From contig CBDCXM010000009.1 in the NCBI GenBank assembly GCA_965223855.1, forward strand, positions 960,001 to 1,024,000: DNA of 64,000 bases, written 5' to 3'. Made by a program: the position numbers and the translations under genes. Below the pieces are notes generated by a model. The model searched no databases. It was not told where the DNA came from and saw nothing but the letters and a program-made list of their open reading frames with translations. Each line of letters begins with the position of its first letter. Position 1 is the stretch's first letter. Below, in pieces: positions 30,701-39,457 of the stretch. The stretch is from Candidatus Multivoradales bacterium. Lineage in GTDB: Bacteria; Acidobacteriota; Thermoanaerobaculia; Multivoradales; JAHEKO01.

Positions 30701-33700
30701 ACCACCCGCCGGCCGACTTCGATCCTCCGTTCGTCAAGGAGCGTCTCGCCTCGCGCACCGACCGCGACGGCGACGTGACCACCTTCGAGTACGACACCGC
30801 CGGCAACCTCACCAGGAGCGCCACCGTCGTCGGCACGGCGACGATCGAGACCCGCCACGGTTACCTAGCCAACGGCGATCGCGCCAGCACCACCGATCCG
30901 CGGGGGGCGATCACCCAGTTCGGCTACGACGCCTACGGCAACCTCGCCTCGGTGCTCGACCCGCTCGGTCACGAGACGACCACCGAATGGGACGAGCGCA
31001 GCCGTGCGGTGCGCGTGGTCGATGCGCTCGAGCGCGAGACGCTCCTCGCCTACGACACCCTCGACCGGGTGACGACCCGCAGCCGGCCGCTCGGGGCGAT
31101 CGAGACGACGGCCTACGACGACGTCGCCAGTACCGTCACCACCACGGATGCCGAGGGGCGGGTCACCGTCGAGCGCCGCGATCTCGAAGGCCGGACGGTC
31201 GAGACCACCAACCCCGAGGGCGGCACGAAGCTGGTCGACTACGACCCGGCCGGCAACAAGGTGCTCGAGACGCTGTGGTTCGACGCCGCGACGCCGCGCC
31301 ACGACGTCACCTTCGAGTACGACGACGCCGGGCGCCTGCTGCGTCGCCACGAGCCGCTCGGACGTACTACCGAGTTCGGCCACGACGCAGTCGGCAACGT
31401 CACCTCGGAAGTTCTCTCCGACGCCACCGACGCCGGCTTCGCTGTCCGGCGGATGGAGACCGAATACGACGCCCTCGACCGGGCGATCCGGAAGCGCGAG
31501 TTCCTCGACGCCCGTCCGCTCGAAAGCCGCATGCTGCTCGACGGCGAGGGCAACCTGCTGCGCGAGACCGATCCGCTCGGCCGTGTCACCGACCACGCCT
31601 ACGATGAGCTCGACCGCCGCGTCGAGACGCTCGAGCCGCAGTGGCGGCCCGCCGAGCGCAAGCGCACCACCTTCGAGTACGACGCCAACGGCAACCTGGT
31701 GCGCGAGGTGCGCGCCAACGACCCGGCCGATCAGGAGCGCACCTTCACCTGGGACCCCCTCAACCGCGCTCTCACCACCACTGATGCGACCGGCGGCACC
31801 ACCAGCTTCGAATACGACGCGGTCGGCAATCGCATCCGCGAGACCGACCCCAACGGCAACGTCACCGCCCACGCCTACGACGAGCTCGACCGACTCGTCG
31901 CCACCCTCCAGCACCTCACCCGGGTCAGCGTGCCGCCGCGGGTCGTCACGACCACCTACGGCTACGACCGGGTCGGCAACCGGGTGAGCGAGGAGTGGCC
32001 GAACGGCAACGTCGTCACCCACACCTACGACGGCCTCGATCGACTCCTCGCCTCGGCGGACTCGCTGGGCCCGCTCACCGCCGCTACCTACGACGCGCGC
32101 GGCAACCCGCTTGCCGAGAGCGACGCCAACGGCAACCTCACGACGAGCACCTGGGACGCGCTCGACCGGCTGGTCGAACAGGAGCTGCCGGAGGCGCGCA
32201 CGCTGGCCTTCACCTGGGACGTCGCCGGCAACCGTCTCAGCGCCACCGACGCCCGTGGTGCCACCACCGGCTTCAGCTACGACACCCTCGACCGCCAGAT
32301 CGAGATCACCCATCCGGAGACCGAGGGGGTCGTTTACATCGAGAGCTTCACCTGGGACGATGCCGGCAATCGCCTCACCGCCACCGACCGCCGGGGGCTG
32401 ACGACGACGTTCGCCTACGACGACCTCGACCGTCTCGTCTCGGTCACCGATCCCGACCCGCTCGGCTTCGTCACCAGCTACGGCTACGACGCCGAGGGCA
32501 ACCGCACCTCCGAGACCGACCGCCGCGGCATCCTCTCGCGCACCGACTACGACGCCGAGAATCGGCCCGTGCGGATCGAGCGCGACGGCCTGACGCTGCG
32601 AACGATCGCCTACGACGCCGCCGGCAACCGGATCCTCGAAGTCGACGCCGAGGGGCGGCCGATCGAGTCGGCGTGGGACGAGCGCGACCTCCTCGTGGAG
32701 ACTCGCTACCCGCTCGAGGACGAGGCGATGGCCTACGTGCTCGACGACCTCGGCGACCGGCTCGAGACGCGGGTCGGTGAGGGCGTGCCCGACACCACCG
32801 TCTCGACCGCGACCTGGGACCTGCGCCGGCGGATGGAGAGCGAGACCAACGCCGTCGCCGAGACGACCGGCTACGAATACGACGGCAACGGCAACCGCAC
32901 CGCCATGGTGCGCCCGAAGTCGACCCGCTGGGAGTACGACTTCGACGGCGCCGACCGGCTGGTGGCGGTGCGCGACCCGCTCGGCAACGAGACGACCTAC
33001 GGCTACGACGGCAACGGCAACCTCACCTCGCAGACCGACGCCGAGAACCGCACCACCACCTTCGCGTGGGATGCGCTCAACCGGCGCCTGCGGCGCACCT
33101 ATCCCGACAGCGCCTTCCGCACGGCGACCTGGGACGGCAACGGCAACCAGCTCTCGGCGACCGACGCTCTGGGCCGCACGACCACCTTCGGCTACGACGA
33201 GCTCAACCGGCTGACCACCACCGCCTACCCGTTGCCGAACCCGCCGACCGGCGACGACCTGGTGTCGATCACCACCACCTATGACGCCAACGGCAATCCG
33301 ACCGAGGTGGTCGAGAGCTACACCGGCGCCACCGGCACCCGCACCACCTCCCGCGCCTTCGACACCTTCGACCGGCTGACCGCGGTCACCGACGGCCACG
33401 GCGAGACGCTCGGCTACCAGTACACCGCGAGCGGCAACCGCGCCCGCCTCACCGATCCGGACGCGAAGGTCACCCGCTACGAGTACGACTCGAAGAACCG
33501 CACCACCCGGGTCGAGATCACCGGCTCGGGCACTACCGAGTACGCATGGCTGCCGACCGACGACCTCGCCGAGATCCGCTATCCGGAGGGCACCGTCGCC
33601 GCCTACGGCTACGACACCCCCGGCCGCGTGACCTCGATCGAGCACACCCGAGCCGCGGCGCTCGTCTCGCGCTTCGACTACGTCTACGACCCCAACGGCA

Positions 33701-35628
33701 ACCGCCTGACCCAGCGCGAGCAGCGTTTCGACGGCACCGACGAGCTGACCGGCTACACCTACGACGACGCCGATCGCCTCACCGAAGTCGCCTACCCCGA
33801 CCAGACCGTCACCCACACCTACGACGGCGTCTCCAACCGCCTCACCGAGACCACCGTCGATCCCGGCGGCACCACCACCGGCGACCTCAGCTACGCCTAC
33901 AACGACCGCCACCAGCTCACCGCCGTCACCGACCACCTCGATCCGACCGGCGACGTCGCCTGGACCTGGGACCCCAACGGCAACCAGACCTCGAAGACCG
34001 AGGGCGGCACTGCCACCACCACCTACACCTACGACCTCCGCGACCGCCTCATCGAGATCGCCAACGCCTCAGGCCTCCTCGGCCGCTACCGCTTCGACCA
34101 CCAGGGCCTGAGGATCTCGAAAGAAAGCGCCGCCGGAACCGAACACTTCGTCTGGGACGACCAGGCCCTCCTCCTCACCACCGACGCCACCGGCACCACC
34201 CGCGCCAAGCACAACTACGGCCCCAGAAACCTCCTCTCCGTCGAGAACGCCGGCGCCACCCGCTACTACCTCACCGACGTCCTCGGCTCCCCCTTCCAGA
34301 TCTCCAACGCCGACGGCTCCGTCGACACCTACCGCCAGTACGACGCCTGGGGCGAAGTGAGAAGCGAGGTCGTAGGAGACGCCGACCAGCGGTTTGGCTT
34401 CACGGGGTACCAGGCGGATGGGGAGAGCGGGTTGCTGTATGCGAAGGCGAGATTCTACGACGGGGCGGTGGGGCGGTTCGGGAGGGAGGATCCCTTTGAG
34501 GGTGAAGGGTTGGTGCCGCCTAGTCTTCATCGGTATTTGTATGGGTACGCGAATCCGGCCTTCTTCGTGGATCCCGACGGAAGGCAGGTCAAGTGGCAGA
34601 AGGAAGACGACATCCCCGAAGGGGTTCCCTATTTTGTAGTCGATCAGGAGATGGAGACCGGCGGATCCTTCGAGGTCTTCTTTAGTGCGGACCCTGGGGC
34701 GTGGAGCGAGGCAGATCCGATCTTGGACGGGTCCTTCTCAGCGGTTCGCGACAGGGCCAAAGAAAGACGCCACAAGGGGGTCGCTGTTGGACGAGAGACC
34801 TCGAAGAACCTGCTTGCTCAGTTGCCTGGGGTCGGACGTTTCTTCACCGAGAAAGTGGCTGAGGCCGCCGAGAGGGGGCGAAGCGCTCGGCAAAGTGCGA
34901 CTCGGCTCAACGCGACATTGGACCAGGGCCTTACTCGAAATCGCGGTGGGGACACAGAAAGCTATCTGGCAGCTTGGCAGAGATCAACGCTGGCGGACGT
35001 CAACCAAGGTACACAGGTTCTCAAGGAGTCGCGAGATGAAGCTGGCATAGTGGTGCGCGAGAGCGCCCGATCTCTGGGTGCGGCCATCGAGGCTGCAGAG
35101 CGCCTGAGCGTTCTCTCCCTTAGTCCTCGGGTCGCAGGCAGACTCTTCGCTGCCAGCCGGCTACGCGGCGTCAGGGGTCTTGGAAACACAGCAACGAGCC
35201 CGTGGCTAGAGGACTCGCGGGATGCCGTCGTGGCTCATCTCGAAGAGTTCAGAGAAGGTGCTTCCTACCTCGTGCCGGAGTCGACCTACGTCAATTGGAT
35301 CAAGGGAAAGAAGTCGATTGGAAGAGTAGACGGTCAGTTCGTGACCACAAGGGTAGCAATGGATCGATTGCTCTCCGATGCGAGGGGCAGAATAGGCGAA
35401 GTTAAACGCAAGCTCGGAATACCCGCCGACGCCTGGAACGAGCCCCTCTATCGAATCGATGTGGATAGCCCCCTGCTATTCAATGCTCGCTTACCCATGG
35501 GGGTCGAGTCAGGTGCCAACGACATGTTCCGATGGGGCGGGTACACTAGCGGCGGTCTCCCAGAAGCGGTGATCGACCAAGTTCCGAGCTGGGCAGTTTC
35601 TGTATCGGCGGTAGGAGTGCGACCATGA
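24796..35628 (+). CDS. Giant Rhs/YD-repeat polymorphic toxin: transglutaminase-like N-domain, Ig-like region, YD repeats, Rhs core, C-terminal toxin
   Basis: Many YD..GN repeats, RTYSS..PLGVGWTHNY, RFGFTG...LYAKARFYD...GRF..EDP, NPAFFVDPDG cleavage motif, lower-GC tip. Exact start uncertain. Confidence 0.93.
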   Translation: MTGAAIVPCNLYQYSFSGRREILRVRRALTPGLLLSLCWLSSAAGARAQSEMRPSASEPPRARAIPALPALSAESAAAESHEQWLATLAARDTPDSRARSLVALARLEVETEAHFEAVSERLSSAPAPAVAAARLEEAAARFRESVRTIRVVMEHEAPGGRTLRDLLAASVEGRRGRAARPVRGSLPHRSLSLAPRPLPSLSPIVPSYADPLAAAATSDDLIDSPEAPRSPAILAQAASLGFDYARIYDFVRNDIRTEWYQGSQKGAEGALASGAANDVDKASLLITLFRSSQLPARYVRGVLRLDVEPLAAAFGLADDQQVPIALARAGVPHEVVIAGSRIAAVDVLHTWVAAYAPYANYRGVVIDTSGKTWVPLAPAVQGVDRSPPTRVLEAMGFDSAGFVTDYLATEQPDRPLEQIRREVEAFLGDDSYAEQLGARSVAVRRLELLPSGLPTPLATPFYEGASLPAEEETRLRIVASVGATGSEPSLESSLPLASVTGRRLTLSYTPASADDDAIVNLFGGLDLVPPYLVELLPQVKVDGRLVALGTIGVPMAVHHLVRLEVEAAGTMVSHEFLTPAVAYSAIALHAPGDRAQADAGDDPADTEFLAARLLSRVAYRYSESWSAAEDELAGLLDVAVARPLPAVALAHNRIGIEQVFDVPLRIHWEGVDLDAALRIAEPLPNGAPDDTRSWFRLSALEGSSLERRVLETEFQVEAVSADRGLGLARDIGTTVERLDPGNVDAVLDALDLPANVETRIRQQVLGGFEVELPDAPVGAEAWSGTVWRAVDSVSGSAGYFLAGGLAGGATTTAPPNWVLEFLAQALAAPYSLPPNTDPLGAAELRKLPEGDDQYGTVGDLFVHRLEVQVRDLIGRPVEGAEVTFLSERGGGLLVDEDDVELPLAIVTTDRRGVAGVRLRAGTDVSDNPTYLHLDPDDPFPAQALAHEVGAFVDGLLGIVSLDLPFRAIAFPTEAVGLERVDTDQTHFTGRVGFLSDIIPIRAVDEFGNAVSNVPLRFEVAESSGPDPDCTNPSPHVLNAVLVLPGDFSSCHNGLPAIGYCGEPELERMTSSFPASAGVVLGSSASSLYTVLVSAIDAPELGSLAFTYAGLYEISSTNGTCSPGTPILEAFDRHLLYSPVRIDGMGNNIQAAPVGANYPEPLVVHFAAWDPDDPEDDGDPPLEAGSWTPATGNVYLSTAPGTAASTTPTVEIAPGVFSTVLTTDVVAAYNPVHFEATEITSVESLECPPCSLDCPGVPGHDCLEDCIEIPTNDACINCPLCTLDCPGPDCDADCPVDGPIPASECVEESGRGAAQTIDWGFFGIPRLIDPDVNGVWGVDPQLTGFAPDPIPLDGSGSVEIESRIGYSTEPLDYVAATADVELFADGDWVSSGGGSSLSGSGEARIQRGFPIDLDATNEARLVLNRGSPAEVRSPLVELPLTQGIFEPGDDNDDNDLVGRRQLYVSQDVDLTSRRVCSQPDLFYFTLTQEASVTLTFEKLSGVDTDGTPQYDPPEEFLLNEILPEGEHSYSVTAGAGAGDLTLGPGDYRFTLVAEGTATGLVESFEGTARSELRASDSLPLGHVLVEGVDLFDGHLTLQREDLEIPGRGSHLAFRRTYSSSADRDPGPLGVGWTHNYASFVTITPCGEVIVVGGEGSGMRFVDDGAGGLTALAGYHGGLVASSDDNSFDFFSLNGTRFHYEPDPRSPGRWPLRSIEDTNGNLTQLFYDPNTAEPLVAAVVDPAGRRLEFGYENRVFEIVGEVELRSKRVLTSIDGPAGLEMRFEYDDFGHLVRAAREGDARVEFYGYDWVIDPLLAPQRALVSTTNALTGATTVYQGAGGLTGIDADIKLARLRTTSVTRPEGGVTRFVYDDAGLLDRTSLELSQQVIDPRGFATTYRLNQYGAPLAITDPLGHTTAMTWDLDDVVMTSRTDANGHTTSYTHDEHGNVLTEEIEVTDADDAVHLYRRTNTYHPPADFDPPFVKERLASRTDRDGDVTTFEYDTAGNLTRSATVVGTATIETRHGYLANGDRASTTDPRGAITQFGYDAYGNLASVLDPLGHETTTEWDERSRAVRVVDALERETLLAYDTLDRVTTRSRPLGAIETTAYDDVASTVTTTDAEGRVTVERRDLEGRTVETTNPEGGTKLVDYDPAGNKVLETLWFDAATPRHDVTFEYDDAGRLLRRHEPLGRTTEFGHDAVGNVTSEVLSDATDAGFAVRRMETEYDALDRAIRKREFLDARPLESRMLLDGEGNLLRETDPLGRVTDHAYDELDRRVETLEPQWRPAERKRTTFEYDANGNLVREVRANDPADQERTFTWDPLNRALTTTDATGGTTSFEYDAVGNRIRETDPNGNVTAHAYDELDRLVATLQHLTRVSVPPRVVTTTYGYDRVGNRVSEEWPNGNVVTHTYDGLDRLLASADSLGPLTAATYDARGNPLAESDANGNLTTSTWDALDRLVEQELPEARTLAFTWDVAGNRLSATDARGATTGFSYDTLDRQIEITHPETEGVVYIESFTWDDAGNRLTATDRRGLTTTFAYDDLDRLVSVTDPDPLGFVTSYGYDAEGNRTSETDRRGILSRTDYDAENRPVRIERDGLTLRTIAYDAAGNRILEVDAEGRPIESAWDERDLLVETRYPLEDEAMAYVLDDLGDRLETRVGEGVPDTTVSTATWDLRRRMESETNAVAETTGYEYDGNGNRTAMVRPKSTRWEYDFDGADRLVAVRDPLGNETTYGYDGNGNLTSQTDAENRTTTFAWDALNRRLRRTYPDSAFRTATWDGNGNQLSATDALGRTTTFGYDELNRLTTTAYPLPNPPTGDDLVSITTTYDANGNPTEVVESYTGATGTRTTSRAFDTFDRLTAVTDGHGETLGYQYTASGNRARLTDPDAKVTRYEYDSKNRTTRVEITGSGTTEYAWLPTDDLAEIRYPEGTVAAYGYDTPGRVTSIEHTRAAALVSRFDYVYDPNGNRLTQREQRFDGTDELTGYTYDDADRLTEVAYPDQTVTHTYDGVSNRLTETTVDPGGTTTGDLSYAYNDRHQLTAVTDHLDPTGDVAWTWDPNGNQTSKTEGGTATTTYTYDLRDRLIEIANASGLLGRYRFDHQGLRISKESAAGTEHFVWDDQALLLTTDATGTTRAKHNYGPRNLLSVENAGATRYYLTDVLGSPFQISNADGSVDTYRQYDAWGEVRSEVVGDADQRFGFTGYQADGESGLLYAKARFYDGAVGRFGREDPFEGEGLVPPSLHRYLYGYANPAFFVDPDGRQVKWQKEDDIPEGVPYFVVDQEMETGGSFEVFFSADPGAWSEADPILDGSFSAVRDRAKERRHKGVAVGRETSKNLLAQLPGVGRFFTEKVAEAAERGRSARQSATRLNATLDQGLTRNRGGDTESYLAAWQRSTLADVNQGTQVLKESRDEAGIVVRESARSLGAAIEAAERLSVLSLSPRVAGRLFAASRLRGVRGLGNTATSPWLEDSRDAVVAHLEEFREGASYLVPESTYVNWIKGKKSIGRVDGQFVTTRVAMDRLLSDARGRIGEVKRKLGIPADAWNEPLYRIDVDSPLLFNARLPMGVESGANDMFRWGGYTSGGLPEAVIDQVPSWAVSVSAVGVRP
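34253..34580 (+). repeat. Rhs core end, copy 1 of a ~330-bp direct repeat (copy 2 at 37143-37470)
   Basis: Direct alignment at offset 2890: 2 mismatches in the first 115 nt, then mostly synonymous divergence. Confidence 0.95.
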
Positions 35629-35888
35629 TTGAAGAAGTTGCGCGTGATGACGACCGGCTTTTTCGGTTGGTGAAACTCGAGGACGGGAATCTCCTGCTGA
35701 CAGTCGTGTGTGGAGGGATCGGGATGTACGAGACGCATCTCGTGCTGAGCTCGGAGGAAAGGCTGAATTGGGACGCGAACGGTGTGGCATTCCTCTCCCA
35801 GCTGGCTCGATGTATGTGCCAGAGCCAGAACATGTTCGGCAACAGACTGCTCAGACACCTACCTGAGGACGAGGCCTCGGCTGAATAG
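35625..35888 (+). CDS. Putative cognate immunity protein of the main Rhs toxin
   Basis: 87 aa; ATGA overlap with the toxin stop; AGGAG RBS; position. Confidence 0.75.
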   Translation: MIEEVARDDDRLFRLVKLEDGNLLLTVVCGGIGMYETHLVLSSEERLNWDANGVAFLSQLARCMCQSQNMFGNRLLRHLPEDEASAE

Positions 35889-35889
35889 T

Positions 35890-35931
35890 GCAGCGAGATA
35901 GAGGCAGCGAGATAGAGGCCGAGATAGAGGC
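35890..35931 (+). repeat. Short tandem repeat (GCAGCGAGATAGAG x2 plus GCCGAGATAGAG) abutting the left inverted repeat
   Basis: CGAGATAGAGGC is read three times in succession. Confidence 0.9.
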
Positions 35932-35932
35932 C

Positions 35933-37129
35933 TCACAGGAATACTGAAGGACGCACGCTGCCGTAGCGGCTCGCGCCTCGTCCTCGCCGACCGCACCCGT
36001 TCTCCGACTCGGCAGCCTCTCGGAGCGCTTCGCAAGGGGCGTTGTCGAGCTTGTCGCCGCGACTCAGCGACCTCTCGGCAGTACTCCCGAGACACCCCTC
36101 CACGCCGCGACCGGCCGGCGCGCTTGGCGCCAACCGATCTGGCCTAGAGCGCGAACTCCTTCTAGGTCCTCAGCGGGAAGAAGCGCCCAGCCGGCAGAAA
36201 GCAGCCCGGCGGAAACTGCGCCGGCTTGCCTGCCTGCAGAGCTTCCGCAGCCCGGCGGTACTCGATCACGAACCACTGGTACGCTTCTTCCAGCGTCCTG
36301 CGAACGTTCCGGTCGATCGCATGGAACCTTGGAGCAGGTGTGCGCTGCGGGTCGCTCGAGGGGCGGTCGTGGGGGTCCTGCTTGAGGATGGCCTTCCTGC
36401 CCAGCACTTTGTGACCGTCCGTCTCCGCCTCGACCTCTCGCACGATCGAGCGAACGCGTGCCTGGCGCTGGGCCTCTGTCAGGTCACCCCAGGTCGGCAG
36501 CGGTGTGATCTCGAGTCGCTCTTCCTCGGTGAACTCGCGCTCGGGAGCTCGGTGCCCGCTCTCCCGAGCCCGGTACTGCGCAGTGCGGTCGATCCAGATA
36601 CCTTTGAGCTCTCGGCCTTCGGTCAATACCCGCAGGCTCGTGGCGCCGGGCCAGTGCCGGGGAGAAGCGACGAGCCGGTCCTTGCACCCCTGCGCGAGCA
36701 GGTAGCGCAGACGCTTCTCCGGCTGGGCCTCTTCCTCGCTCAGTTCGATGGCGGTGTAGCGGCGTTCGAAGATCCCTCCTCGCCAGTCGTGGATCCGGCC
36801 GAGTTCTTTGGCGATCTTGGACAGCGCGTAGCGCATGAAGTCGGCAAGCTGCTTTGAATCGTCGGGCCACAGGAGCAGGTGAGCGTGGTTCGAGAGGAAG
36901 ATGCAGTAGCAGACCTTCATGCCGTACTTGCGCTGGGCACGGGCCATCGCTCCGAGGATGACGGCATTCACCTTGGGCGAAGGGCGCAGCAGGAAGCGGC
37001 GCTGCACGGCGCGGGTCGTGACCTCGACGAGCCCAGGGCCGGCGAGGTGGCGAAGTCGGTAGCCCATCTCGTCTCTTCAGACGGAGGGTCCATCTGCATC
37101 CTTGCACTGGTCCTGCAGTATTCCTGTGA
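35933..37129 (-). mobile_element. HUH/RAYT-type transposase element bounded by 20-bp inverted repeats
   Basis: TCACAGGAATACTGAAGGAC (35933-35952) versus the reverse complement of 37110-37129, TCACAGGAATACTGCAGGAC (19/20). Confidence 0.75.
36162..37067 (-). CDS. REP-associated tyrosine transposase-like (Y1 HUH) protein
   Basis: VEVTTR, CIFLSNHAHLL (HUH), G.IFERRY, LRYLL...LV.SP..WPG.TS (catalytic Tyr region). Confidence 0.85.
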   Translation of the reverse strand: MGYRLRHLAGPGLVEVTTRAVQRRFLLRPSPKVNAVILGAMARAQRKYGMKVCYCIFLSNHAHLLLWPDDSKQLADFMRYALSKIAKELGRIHDWRGGIFERRYTAIELSEEEAQPEKRLRYLLAQGCKDRLVASPRHWPGATSLRVLTEGRELKGIWIDRTAQYRARESGHRAPEREFTEEERLEITPLPTWGDLTEAQRQARVRSIVREVEAETDGHKVLGRKAILKQDPHDRPSSDPQRTPAPRFHAIDRNVRRTLEEAYQWFVIEYRRAAEALQAGKPAQFPPGCFLPAGRFFPLRT

Positions 37130-38235
37130 CACCTACTTGACTGCGCCACCCGCTACTACCTCACCGATGTCCTCGGCTCCCCCTTCCAGATCTCCAACGC
37201 CGACGGCTCCGTCGACAGCTACCGCCAGTACGACGCCTGGGGCGAAGTGAGAAGCGAAGTCGTCGGCGACGCCGAGCAGCGGTTCGGGTTCACGGGATAC
37301 CAGGCGGATGGGGAGAGTGGGTTGCTGTATGCGAAGGCTCGGTTCTATGACGGGGCGGTGGGGCGGTTTGGTAGGGAGGATCCGTTCGAGGGTGGGGGGG
37401 TGGTGCCGCCGAGCTTGCACCGATACCTGTACGGGTACGCCAACCCTATTCGCAACGTCGATCCGAGTGGAGAAGCAACGGTCAGTGTTCTTGGCTTCGA
37501 GTTCGAGGTTCCTGATGAGCTGGTCGACTTGGTCATTGCTGGCATCAACATCGCTACCGGAGCAGCGCAGGAGATCGACGACGATGTCGATCAGATCCGA
37601 GAAGTGTCTGAAGACCCAATAGCGCCTTTGCTCGATCTCGCAGGCAGAGCTCGTGAAGTGTCCGATCGCAGTCTTGAGGGTGCGCTAGATGCGACTGCTG
37701 CTCTGGTTGTAGAAGGGGCAGACGGTTTCCTTGAAGCTCGCCAAGGTCTCATTGAGAGTTCAAGTAGTCTCCTACGTTCGGAGCTGACGAGAACGGCAAG
37801 GTCGGTGCCCGTAGCCAATGCGCTTTCCCGCCTGGGGGATGCGCATGTGCTCGCGGTCGAAGGAAGCACCGGCGAAGCTCAGAGAGAGTTCGGCGCAGCT
37901 TTGGTCCAGGTGGGGCAGGACGCTATCGCGTTGTTCGGTCTTCGTGGTGCGATCCGAGGAGGGCAGACAAGCCGTGCGAGCGGACTAGGCCAGGCTAGCA
38001 GGTCTGACTCGCTGCTTGTGAACGGGCCAGGCGTCAACGTTACGGCGCGGGCGGATGCGCTGGCGTACAGGCAGATCATCGCCGGTGGTCGGCGAGGAGC
38101 GGGCACTCCCCTCACCGACCTTCGGGCTGTTGAGCGAGTGATCGGGAGAATTCCGGACGGCCCTCGCGTGACCATTACCACAGCACAAGCGGCGGCTCTT
38201 GAGGAGGCCTTGGGACTCCCAACAGGTCGGCTAGC

Positions 38236-39281
38236 TGTGGAGTCTCAAGACGTTGTTCAGTAGATGAGGTTGTCCATCCGAGCCTCTTCGTAGAGGCTTC
38301 CTGGTGTCAGACCAAGGAATCTTCAGAGGAGGAATCGGATGGACATGCATGAGAATGCCCGAAGCTGCCCTGCAAGTCGAGCGCTTCTCGTCAATCGAGT
38401 GCTGACTCAAGGTTGGTCTGTCGGCCAGGCCGCGGAGGCCATCGGAGTCTCGACACGGACCGGCTACAAGTGGCTGGCTCGCTACCGAGCCGAAGGCCGC
38501 AGTGGCCTGGCCGACCGCTCGAGTCGACCGCACCGCATCGCTCGATCCACCAGTGCTTTCCGGGTACGCCAGATCGTGAAGCTGCGTCGTCGGCGCATGT
38601 GCGGAGCCGAGATCGCCGCGCGACTCGGGATGCCTCGCTCGACCGTGGCACGGATCCTCAAGCGGGAAGGCCTGAATCGTCTCAAAGCCCTGGAGCCTCC
38701 AGAGCCGGTGGTGCGCTACGAGAAGGACCACCCTGGCGAGCTCGTGCACCTCGACATCAAGAAGCTCGGGAGGATCCGTGGGATCGGGCATCGGATCACC
38801 GGGAATCGACGCCACACGACGGCTGGAATCGGCTGGGAGTTTGTCCATGTCGCCATCGACGACGCGTCACGCCTTGCCTACGTGGAAGTCCTTCGCGACG
38901 AGCGCAAGGAGTCTGCAGTGGCCTTCCTCGAGAGAGCCGTAGCCTTCTACGAAAGCCACGGCATCCACGTCGAGCGCCTCATGACCGACAACGGGTCGTG
39001 CTACCGCTCCAAGCTCTTCGCCGACGAGCGTCGGCGGCTTGGTCTCAAGCACACCTTCACCCGGCCGTACCGGCCGAGGACCAATGGCAAGGCGGAGCGC
39101 TTCATCCAGACCTTGCTCAGAGAGTGGGCCTATCGCTTCCCCTACCGCTCTTCACGAGAGCGGACGAGACGACTCCAACGCTACCTGCACTTTTACAATC
39201 ACCATCGAATGCATCAGGCACTCCATGGACTACCGCCCATCAGCCGGCTACCCCGACTGAACAACGTCATGGGAATCCACA
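38236..39281 (+). mobile_element. IS481-family insertion sequence (1046 bp)
   Basis: TGT...ACA ends; 25-bp IRs matching 22/25 (TGTGGAGTCTCAAGACGTTGTTCAG / TGTGGATTCCCATGACGTTGTTCAG); 6-bp target duplication GCTAGC at 38230-38235 and 39282-39287. Confidence 0.96.
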
Positions 39282-39286
39282 GCTAG
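38339..39286 (+). CDS. IS481-family DDE transposase
   Basis: H.NAR, LADRSSRPH, PGELVHLDIKKL, TDNG, TNGKAERF; the TAG stop lies in the target duplication. Confidence 0.96.
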   Translation: MDMHENARSCPASRALLVNRVLTQGWSVGQAAEAIGVSTRTGYKWLARYRAEGRSGLADRSSRPHRIARSTSAFRVRQIVKLRRRRMCGAEIAARLGMPRSTVARILKREGLNRLKALEPPEPVVRYEKDHPGELVHLDIKKLGRIRGIGHRITGNRRHTTAGIGWEFVHVAIDDASRLAYVEVLRDERKESAVAFLERAVAFYESHGIHVERLMTDNGSCYRSKLFADERRRLGLKHTFTRPYRPRTNGKAERFIQTLLREWAYRFPYRSSRERTRRLQRYLHFYNHHRMHQALHGLPPISRLPRLNNVMGIHS

Positions 39287-39457
39287 CAGGCGGGGCGGTA
39301 CTCTCTGTCGTGGATGATGTTCAGATGCGAGCACCGCGCTCGCCCTTGGCGGGCAACGACCTGTTCCTGGGGCGAGGGAGAGGCCTGCCAGGAGGGGGAC
39401 CAGAGATCAACGTTGCCCCGATTAGCACCGCAGGCGGAGGTGGGGTACGACAGGTGA

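Noticed and set aside
36042-36857. 271-aa plus-strand ORF in the HUH element
   Set aside because: Antisense to the transposase, which carries the conserved motifs.
34253-37470. Diversity-generating retroelement template/variable repeat pair
   Set aside because: No reverse transcriptase; mismatches are mostly synonymous and not adenine-specific; explained as an Rhs core duplication.
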